Below, in pieces: positions 33,659 through 40,236 of a stretch of 40,236 nucleotides of DNA; position 1 is the stretch's first letter; each line of letters starts with the position of its first letter. The DNA is taken from NCBI GenBank assembly GCA_964465285.1, contig CAYXJG010000001.1, positions 5,655-45,890 of the forward strand. The letters are read 5' to 3'. The position numbers were made by a program, and so were the translations under genes. This DNA comes from an uncultured bacterium. Lineage in GTDB: Bacteria; Cyanobacteriota; Cyanobacteriia; CAKZMO01. The notes below the pieces were generated by a model, which was given only the letters and a program-made list of their open reading frames with translations, was not told the origin of the DNA and made no database searches.

Positions 33659-36600
33659 AAATGCCTTGTTCGGATAGGCTGGCGGTGGGGGGACGGCGAC
33701 AGGATCTTCGCGGATGCGCTCCTGGAGGTGGGCGATCGCATCATCCAACTGGGCGTCTTCGCCGTTGAAAGTGCAGTGGGGCAGGTTGTCCACAACGATA
33801 TCCGGTTCGACGCCGTGGCCCTCGATCAGCCATTCCCCCTCAGGGCCATAGACGCCGATTTCTGCGGCAGAGGCGATGCCCCGATCCACTAGCCAGGTCT
33901 GGAAGGAGAGCCAGATTTCGCCGCCCCAGGTGCGGGTGCCGATGACGGTGCCCAGCCCCAGCCGCCGGAACCCCTCGGTGAACGCTTCCCCATCGGAGGC
34001 GGTGCGCTCGTTGCAGAGCACGACCATGTGCCCCCGGAACGCCCACTGCATGTTCCAGAAGGGCTTTCCCACGCGAGGTTTCCAGAAAAACCAGGCTTTG
34101 CGGAGTAGCTTCTCCAGAATCCAGCTATCGATATTGCCGCCCCGGTTGTGGCGCACGTCGATGATGAGTCCCTCCCGGTTAAAGATAGGGTAGTAGTTCT
34201 CTACCCACTCGGTGAAATTGTCGCGCCCCATCGCCCGCAGGTGGACGTAGCCGAGCTTGCCATGCCCCTGCTGTTCGACCCGCTGCCGACAGCGATACTC
34301 CCAGTCGGAGTAGCGCAAATCCGCCGCTTCGGATGCTGAGATGGGGGTGGCGATCACGGGACGGCTTTCCGTCACTTCTTTATCTTTCACGTGAAGAAGC
34401 ACCTGCTGCCCTGCCTGTTTCTTGAGTAAGACGGCGGGATCGGGAACCGAAAGGACGGAAACGCCATTGATGGCTTCAATTACATCGCCCACCTGGAGCG
34501 CCACCTCGGGACGGGCGAGGGGGGCAGCCCGCTCCGGATAGTCGGGGTCGTGCTGGTAGAGATGATCAATGCGATAGCCGTCCTCGGTGCGCGTTAAGGA
34601 TGCTCCCAGGGAGGCAAGGCCAATGCGGTCTTGGCTATTGCGGCGATCGCCCGCCCTCACAAAAGTATGCAATGCCGCCAGTTCCCCTACTAGCTGAGCG
34701 ATAAGGTTATTCAACTCATCCCGGTCGGTGACCCGCTCCACCAGGGGCAGGTGCTTCTCCAACAGTCCCGACCAATCCACTCCGTGCAGATTGCGGTCGT
34801 AGAAGTAATCTCGTTCCAGCCGCCACGCTTCAATGAGCATCTGCCGCCATTCGTCCTGGGGATGAACGGAGAAAGCCCAGTTGGACAGGTTGACCTTTTT
34901 CTTATCTAGTTCCTTCTCTTTAGGGGCGTCTTTATCTGCATCTATCACATAAAAATCATCGTTTTTGCGGATAAGTAACTTTTTGCCGTCCATCGATAGC
35001 TCGTAGGAACGGATGTCTTCCATTACGGTTTTCAGTTCAATGGGATCGGCGTTGATTTCGAGGGAGATCAGTTCCTGCTTGCGCTCCTTAGTTACAGTGA
35101 TGTCCTTCCAGAAGAGACGATCGCAACTCATAGAGAGCTGGCGATAGTTACTCGCGTCTACGGGCACCACCATCACCCGCTGCGACAGGCCATCCAGGTC
35201 AATGGTGACCGTTATCGGTTCATCCGAGGATTTTTCATCATCATTCTTATCTTCCTTCGACCTAGAGTCAGGGTTATCTTCGCGCTTCTTCTCCGCTGCT
35301 TGCTGATCGAGGCTATCCTGATACAGCTCATCCATGGGTTGAAAGGGCGATCGCCCTCCCCGCACCAGGGACACATGATAAATCTTTGTGGTTTTGTCGA
35401 AGTACGGTTCTGGCTGCCGGGGTCCCCAGGGACTCGTCACCAAGGACTCAAAGTGGCGGTCGGATAGGAAGTAAAGCCATTTCCCATCGGGACTCCATAC
35501 GGGACTGTAGCTGTCCACGCGATCGCTCGTCAGGGTCACCGTGTCCCCACTCTCCAAAGAGTACAGACGAATCTGGCTGAATAAGTTATCGCAGGGAGCC
35601 ACATAGGCGAGCCACTGGCTGTCCGGTGACCAGCTCCAGTCATAGAATCCTCCCCATGCTTCACTTTCGGCAATACAGCGGGACTCTCGCGTTTCAAAGT
35701 TAAACAGCCAGAGCCGCTGATCCTTATCCCCAAATATCAACCACGCCCCATTGGGAGATGGTAAGCCTGCATAGCGGAACACCTCTCCATCCTGGGTCAG
35801 CACCTCCGGGGCACCGACGCCGTTTGCAGGAATCTGGCAGAATTCCAACTCCCCTGTTTCGTCGGTGAGGGCGATGAGAGATTTGCCATCGGGCATAAAC
35901 CTGGCACTGCGATAACGGGTGCGGCTTTCCCGTGTTGCTGCCACTAGCCGTCCTTGCTTCACTGGAGTCACAAACACCCGTCCCCGTGCTGTCAGGGAGA
36001 GGCGATCGCCCGTAGGCGACAGGTGGGCGGAGGTCAGATAATCCATCGGCTTCTTGATCCAGCGCTCCCGGGTCTGGTCAAAGTCCGAAGGCAGTACGAT
36101 ATCAAGCCGTTGATCCACCTCCCCGGCGATGGTGTAGAGGTGCAGGTCTGCCCCCAACTGATACACAATGCGCCCGTTGTGGAGTGAAGGCGACTGCACA
36201 TCCCAGCCCTTGTGAGTTGTATGCTGAATCAGATGGTTGCCATTCTCGTCCATGGACCAGAGATTCATCGTGCCGTCGCGATCGCTGGCAAAGTACACCC
36301 GTCCGCGCCACACCATAGGAGCCTTGCTGGTGCCAGGATAGTTGGTAGTGAGAGACACCGCCTCCGGTTCCCCAAAGGTAAACTTCCAGATATTCTGAGC
36401 AGTTCCCCCCTGGTAGCGCTTGGTATGACTCCCCTGGAAAGCGAGGCGAGTAAAAAATAGGGTTTGCCCATCGGGGGTAAAGCAGCCATCGCTGGCTTGA
36501 TTGAGAGGAAGCAGGCGGCGATCGCCCGTCTCTGGGTCAACCCCTGCCAACTGCACGTTGGGTAAGGTCGAATAATGGGCGGTGCAGTAGAGAATTTCCC

Positions 36601-36952
36601 CATCCGGCGTCCAGCCTACCACCTGCGTATTCTCTCCTTCGTAGGTGTGTCGAGTGGGTACGCCCCCCATCAGCGGCATGGAGTAGACCTCCATCGGCCC
36701 CTCATATTCAGCGGAAAAGGCAAGGCGGGTGCCATCCGGGGAAATGGCTCCGTGGGACTCAACCCCGTGGTGGGTGGTGAGGCGGCGAGCTAGTCCCCCC
36801 TCTACACCGACTGACCATAAATCCCCTTCTGCCGTAAATACAATGATGTCGTTGTGAATCGTGGGGGAACGATAAAACCCCAAAAATTGGTTATCAGAAA
36901 GGGAGGGTTGAGCCGCAGTCGATTGAGGGGAGGGGATATCAGCGTAGGACAC
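33638..36952 (-). CDS. tricorn protease homolog (S41 family, beta-propeller + PDZ + peptidase)
   Basis: 1104 aa. N-terminal F.R.P.I....I.F....DLW, repeated propeller-blade motifs (SPDG..LA), a PDZ-like GDVIEAINGV and a C-terminal S41 core (N.GG, SDGE). Confidence 0.85.
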   Translation of the reverse strand: MSYADIPSPQSTAAQPSLSDNQFLGFYRSPTIHNDIIVFTAEGDLWSVGVEGGLARRLTTHHGVESHGAISPDGTRLAFSAEYEGPMEVYSMPLMGGVPTRHTYEGENTQVVGWTPDGEILYCTAHYSTLPNVQLAGVDPETGDRRLLPLNQASDGCFTPDGQTLFFTRLAFQGSHTKRYQGGTAQNIWKFTFGEPEAVSLTTNYPGTSKAPMVWRGRVYFASDRDGTMNLWSMDENGNHLIQHTTHKGWDVQSPSLHNGRIVYQLGADLHLYTIAGEVDQRLDIVLPSDFDQTRERWIKKPMDYLTSAHLSPTGDRLSLTARGRVFVTPVKQGRLVAATRESRTRYRSARFMPDGKSLIALTDETGELEFCQIPANGVGAPEVLTQDGEVFRYAGLPSPNGAWLIFGDKDQRLWLFNFETRESRCIAESEAWGGFYDWSWSPDSQWLAYVAPCDNLFSQIRLYSLESGDTVTLTSDRVDSYSPVWSPDGKWLYFLSDRHFESLVTSPWGPRQPEPYFDKTTKIYHVSLVRGGRSPFQPMDELYQDSLDQQAAEKKREDNPDSRSKEDKNDDEKSSDEPITVTIDLDGLSQRVMVVPVDASNYRQLSMSCDRLFWKDITVTKERKQELISLEINADPIELKTVMEDIRSYELSMDGKKLLIRKNDDFYVIDADKDAPKEKELDKKKVNLSNWAFSVHPQDEWRQMLIEAWRLERDYFYDRNLHGVDWSGLLEKHLPLVERVTDRDELNNLIAQLVGELAALHTFVRAGDRRNSQDRIGLASLGASLTRTEDGYRIDHLYQHDPDYPERAAPLARPEVALQVGDVIEAINGVSVLSVPDPAVLLKKQAGQQVLLHVKDKEVTESRPVIATPISASEAADLRYSDWEYRCRQRVEQQGHGKLGYVHLRAMGRDNFTEWVENYYPIFNREGLIIDVRHNRGGNIDSWILEKLLRKAWFFWKPRVGKPFWNMQWAFRGHMVVLCNERTASDGEAFTEGFRRLGLGTVIGTRTWGGEIWLSFQTWLVDRGIASAAEIGVYGPEGEWLIEGHGVEPDIVVDNLPHCTFNGEDAQLDDAIAHLQERIREDPVAVPPPPAYPNKAFNYSNLK

Positions 36953-36990
36953 CAGTGATTACTCCGAGTTAGGTCGAAATTCTTCTGAAA

Positions 36991-37035
36991 AACGAAAATT
37001 AAATAAAAGTGGGTTCAAATTATTTAATTTTCGTT
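36991..37035. repeat. F4 termini-only palindrome
   Basis: AACGAAAATTAAATAA-aagtgggttcaaa-TTATTTAATTTTCGTT. The 16-nt arms are perfect and the GC core hairpin of full F4 copies is absent. Confidence 0.75.
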
Positions 37036-37181
37036 CCTGACCCTTTATCATTCCAGAATTATGTAAAAACTTAATGAGACTTTGGAATATCCCAAGATTT
37101 CATTCTGAAGACTGTTTTAGGTTCTTGCACGAGTCTTTCTGGTTTGGTTGTAGCCTCTACCCGTTACCATGAAGGAGTGGA

Positions 37182-38000
37182 ATGCAGCTATTGACTTCGG
37201 AGGACACTATGAGTCAGTCATCACCGCAAACCTCCAATCCACAATCCTCTAGGGGATGGGATCTGTGCCGACTTCTACGGACTCTCGCCTACTTTGGCGT
37301 TATTCCTGTCCTCAGCAGCTTTGGCTGGTTTCAGCAGCTTTTTAACAGCTCCACGAACCCCCGTGTAGATCAAAGGGCGATCGCCTATGGGCAACCGAGC
37401 AGTACAGCCCAAGCCCCATCTCCCTCGTCCACGGATACTCCAGCATTACCCGATACCTCTATGACTCATTGCCTGATTTTTGACTTCCGCCAGCCCGACA
37501 CCGCCCTGAGCGAAATTTGGGGAGCCGTGGATGATGTGGTCATGGGTGGCGTGAGCCAGAGTGGTATCACATCAACACCTGAAGGAGCACTGTTTTCAGG
37601 CAACGTATCAACGGAAAATTCTGGCGGGTTTGCGTCAGTCCGCACCCGAAATTTTGAGCCTGCCCTCGATCTCAGCGGCTACAGCGGCGTTGAACTCCGA
37701 GTCCAGGGTGACGGCAACCGCTACAAGTTCCTTCTCAGGGATGAGAGTCGCTGGGATGGCGTTGGTTATTCCCATTCCTTCGACACAGTGCCCGATACCT
37801 GGCTGACCATTCGCATTCCGTTCACCGACTTTGTTCCTGTGTTTCGTGCCCGCACGTTAACGGATGGGCAGCAAGTAGACCCTGGCAATATCCATGCGTT
37901 TCAGGTGATGCTGAGCAAGTTTGAATATGACGGGGCATTGAATCCAACGTTTAATCCGGGGGCGTTCAAACTCTCTATCGAGTCCATCAGTGCCTACTAA
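37182..38000 (+). CDS. CIA30 family protein
   Basis: W.AVDDVVMGGVS.S, F.G.VSTENSGGFASVR and YKF.LR motifs. GAAGGAG ribosome-binding site. Confidence 0.75.
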   Translation: MQLLTSEDTMSQSSPQTSNPQSSRGWDLCRLLRTLAYFGVIPVLSSFGWFQQLFNSSTNPRVDQRAIAYGQPSSTAQAPSPSSTDTPALPDTSMTHCLIFDFRQPDTALSEIWGAVDDVVMGGVSQSGITSTPEGALFSGNVSTENSGGFASVRTRNFEPALDLSGYSGVELRVQGDGNRYKFLLRDESRWDGVGYSHSFDTVPDTWLTIRIPFTDFVPVFRARTLTDGQQVDPGNIHAFQVMLSKFEYDGALNPTFNPGAFKLSIESISAY

Positions 38001-38023
38001 CGCAGCGTCATCATTCTTAGAAG

Positions 38024-38134
38024 CTAAGATTAAATAAAACCCAGCTTTGTTGAGGCGCAGCATCGCCGCGTCGCCTCAACAAAATTGGGTTCAAGTTATT
38101 ATTTGTTCAAGTTATTTAATTCTCATTCCTAAGT
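38024..38134. mobile_element. F4 MITE-like element (with an internal duplication of TTCAAGTTATT)
   Basis: CTAAGATTAAATAAAAC...GTTGAGGCGCAGCATCGCCGCGTCGCCTCAAC...TTATTTAATTCTCATTCCTAAG. Confidence 0.7.
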
Positions 38135-38145
38135 CGGAGGTCTCA

Positions 38146-38282
38146 TTGACTGACAAAATTTATGCACAGATCCTCCGGAAGCCCCTCACCCTAGCCCTCT
38201 CCCGAGGAGAAAAGGAACAAGACAGTGGATCGTCTCCCCTCGCCCTCTTGGAGAGGGGTTTGGCATGAGGAGCAACACCTTT
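38146..38282. mobile_element. 137-bp element with perfect 13-bp terminal inverted repeats (TTGACTGACAAAA / TTTTGTCAGTCAA)
   Basis: Termini at 38146-38158 and 38270-38282. The interior carries a CCCTCACCCTAGCCCTCTCCC...GGAGAGGGG motif. Confidence 0.7.
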
Positions 38283-38319
38283 TGTCAGTCAACCAGGTTG
38301 AAGTTATTTTTTCCAGGTC

Positions 38320-38372
38320 ATAAACCCAGTTTTTGAGTTGGGAAAATCCTGCGCTGCAAGCAGGATTTTCCC
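38320..38372. other. perfect 23-bp-stem hairpin
   Basis: TTTTTGAGTTGGGAAAATCCTGC-gctgcaa-GCAGGATTTTCCCAACTCAAAAA. Confidence 0.9.
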
Positions 38373-38522
38373 AACTCAAAAATTAAAGTTGTAGCCTGTA
38401 GCAGGATAAACCTCGCAGGCATTAACTCCATTCGCGGAATTGCCAGAACATTCTGGTCAACACCAGAATGACGCCTAACCGTGGGATACCCTGGCATCAT
38501 GCTTGAGGCATAAGGACTGGGT

Positions 38523-39272
38523 TTATGCGCGGATAGCGGTGCGGCTGACGGTGCCCAAGGCTTCAGCCAGGCTCCGGACAGCAGCAATCATCGCTACGTC
38601 ACTGTTCAGTTGGTTGATGGCAGTGCCCACCCCAATGCCGGATGCGCCAGCGGCGATCGCCATAGGTGCGGTGACGTTGGACAATCCCGATGCACACAAC
38701 ACCGGGACATCCACCACGCGAGAAATTTCGTAGGCGGATGCTAGAGTGGGTGCGGCTTTTTCAATCAGCCCCAGGGTTCCTGCATGGATGGGCTGGCAGC
38801 TCGTGCCCCCTTCGGTTTGGATAATATCTGCTCCTGCGGCCACTAATTCTTCCGCCAGATGAGTTTGCTGATCCAACGGAAGGATATGGGGGACAGTAAC
38901 GGATAGGGTGATATTCGGCAACAGGGAGCGGGTTTTATGGGTGAGGGCCAGCACTTCATCCGCCTCAAACCGAATGCCCTGGGCATAAAATGCGTCGAAG
39001 TTGCCGATCTCAATCAAATTTGCCCCTGCGTCAACCGCGGGCACAAATTTTTCTGGATCGACAGCGGATACGCAAATGGGCAGATGAGTGAGCTGACGTG
39101 CCATAGCAACCAGATCAGCATCAGCCGCAATGTCAATGAAAGTTGCGCCGCCTTGATCGGCTGCTTTCACCGTGGCAGCAACCCGAACAGAATCAGTATT
39201 GGTCAACCCGCTAATCACTTTAAGCGCCTGGTTTTGGTCAAAGGCAGCTTGTAACATTGGATGGATGGTCAT
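38523..39272 (-). CDS. ycf23: Ycf23 / DUF561 family protein
   Basis: LKVISGL.N.D...V...V.AA..GGAT.IDIA.D..LV and a TIM-barrel-like pattern. I chose ATG 39272 over 39302. Confidence 0.65.
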   Translation of the reverse strand: MTIHPMLQAAFDQNQALKVISGLTNTDSVRVAATVKAADQGGATFIDIAADADLVAMARQLTHLPICVSAVDPEKFVPAVDAGANLIEIGNFDAFYAQGIRFEADEVLALTHKTRSLLPNITLSVTVPHILPLDQQTHLAEELVAAGADIIQTEGGTSCQPIHAGTLGLIEKAAPTLASAYEISRVVDVPVLCASGLSNVTAPMAIAAGASGIGVGTAINQLNSDVAMIAAVRSLAEALGTVSRTAIRA

Positions 39273-39671
39273 AAGCCTTTTTATACTCAATCTATCGCTC
39301 AAATTGTAGGGCGTTTAGGCGAGAGTATGACGAGATTGATACGCTTTGTCAACGTGCAATCACATATTTCAGCAATTCTCATTTGGAAAATTTCGCGCCC
39401 TATAGGCGCTCACTAAATCCCTCTCCCAAACTTGGAAGAGGGTTGTTGAAGCCTTGCGCCCCGTTTCCTAGAAGAGGAGACGGGGCTGGGGGATATAGAG
39501 CTTTGCTCCTCCCGCAGGGTGGGCGATTCGCAAAAGTGGGATGCTCCTGGGGCAGCCTGTCCGTCTGGTAATTAGAAGATGGCAGTCCGGATTTTTCATC
39601 CAGGGTCGGAATGGTGTTGAGGGAATAAACCCCATGAGGGATTTCCACCGTCCGATGCTTGCCGAGAACCT

Positions 39672-40001
39672 ATGACGGATTCTTATATTTTCGAGCCAAC
39701 CTGTGAAGTGCTTGGCACGAAAGATGCTCCTGACCTATTATCCTGGATTTCAGGGAGCCTAGAGGGAGGAGCAGCGTTATTACTCATTGATTTAAACGCA
39801 GTCCAAATGCTTGAAAGTAGCGGCATTGGAATATTGATGGTTGCTCAAAATCGTGCTCGTCGCTCTGGGGCAAAGCTGGTACTGTGCTCTCTTAGTGACG
39901 ATATCTCCATGCAACTTGAGCGATCGGGGATGACGGAGAAATTTGAAATTTTTCGCAATCGAGATGAGTTTGAACGCTTTGCAATTACTTTCGACCGTTA
40001 G
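39672..40001 (+). CDS. STAS domain protein (anti-sigma factor antagonist-like)
   Basis: 109 aa. LLIDL..V..L.SSGIG.L and KLVLCSL...I...L...G are typical of SpoIIAA-like proteins. Confidence 0.75.
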   Translation: MTDSYIFEPTCEVLGTKDAPDLLSWISGSLEGGAALLLIDLNAVQMLESSGIGILMVAQNRARRSGAKLVLCSLSDDISMQLERSGMTEKFEIFRNRDEFERFAITFDR

Positions 40002-40032
40002 GATCAATGGCGTCATAAACCAAATCCTGATT

Positions 40033-40072
40033 AGGAACTGGAGTTTGCCCCGTGTGGAAAACTCCAGTTCCT
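40033..40072. other. 13-bp-stem hairpin downstream of the STAS gene
   Basis: AGGAACTGGAGTT-tgccccgtgtggaa-AACTCCAGTTCCT. There is no T-run, so it is only a weak terminator candidate. Confidence 0.6.
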
Positions 40073-40075
40073 AAC

Positions 40076-40180
40076 CTTAGGGATCTGGGGCTAAATCAAA
40101 GATACTGGAGGAGAGGGATGGTGGGCGCAGACCGCCGCCCCTCTCCTCCGGTATCTTTATTTTCCTTGCAAGTCCTTTAG
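40076..40180. mobile_element. F5 MITE-like element (variant core)
   Basis: CTTAGGGATCTGGGGCTAAATCAAAGA...GGAGGAGAGGG..CCCCTCTCCTCC...TTTATTTTCCTTGCAAGTCCTTTAG. Confidence 0.65.
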
Positions 40181-40184
40181 CAAC

Positions 40185-40236
40185 ACGACTTGGCAAGTTT
40201 CACACAAAGATAGGGGTTTGGCGCGCGCGGAGCGCG
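40185..40236 (-). mobile_element. F1 MITE-like element, copy 11 (cut by the window end)
   Basis: ACGACTTGGCAAGTTTCACACAAAGATAGGGGTTTGGCGCGCGCGGAGCGCG. Confidence 0.8.

Noticed and set aside
40053-40061. Perfect TGTGGAAAA DnaA box downstream of the STAS gene
   Set aside because: It is a single isolated 9-mer lying in the loop and stem of a hairpin. One occurrence is not evidence for DnaA function.
1625-40236. F1 repeats, or the 48-bp tandem array, as a CRISPR array
   Set aside because: F1 copies are kilobases apart, occur in both orientations, are long palindromes with TSDs, and no cas genes are present. The 48-bp array has no spacers and is in frame in a CDS.
1-40236. tRNA, rRNA or tmRNA genes
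   Set aside because: I scanned for T-arm-like GGTTCGAATCC / GTTCAAATC motifs and rRNA-like segments. The only near-matches (12385, 17455, 29793) lie in a hairpin or inside CDSs and lack a cloverleaf context.

Overview
The window looks like a chromosomal segment of a cyanobacterium. By eye I count about 50 copies of the HIP1 octamer GCGATCGC in 40 kb. Cyanobacterial and plastid-lineage genes are present (ycf54, ycf23/DUF561, DUF2811, pentapeptide-repeat proteins). I support about 30 CDS, mostly housekeeping or conserved: Dps, a SET-domain protein, a TauE/SafE permease, a glycogen-debranching-type glucosidase, a Ser/Thr kinase with TPR, a NurA-like nuclease, YciI, an FMN reductase, transaldolase, an StpA-like phosphatase, class II RNR NrdJ, GDP-mannose dehydratase, PdxJ, an ABC-2 permease, homoserine dehydrogenase, a DMT permease, a tricorn-like protease, CIA30 and a STAS protein. 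I saw no rRNA, tRNA, CRISPR array, transposase, integrase or phage genes. The unusual content is non-genic. (1) An 84-bp array of eight co-oriented 9-mers spaced 10-11 bp apart matches the cyanobacterial DnaA box (TGTGGAAAA = reverse complement of TTTTCCACA). It lies in the 838-bp divergent DUF2811/pdxJ intergenic region and is a candidate oriC or DnaA-titration locus with no dnaA or dnaN nearby. (2) Intergenic DNA is saturated with at least six families of 70-165 bp palindromic MITE-like elements. The main family (F1, about 100 bp, termini ACGACTTGGCAA) has 11 copies plus a termini-only relic. It shows 8-9 bp target-site duplications, compensatory changes in its long stem, and a built-in bidirectional intrinsic-terminator hairpin. 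(3) Several short perfect tandem duplications (13, 15, 16, 17 and 48 bp) sit in 5' regions or inside one small secreted-protein gene. All functional calls come from motif recognition in the translated ORFs, with no database search run. Repeat coordinates are hand-indexed and may be off by a few nt.
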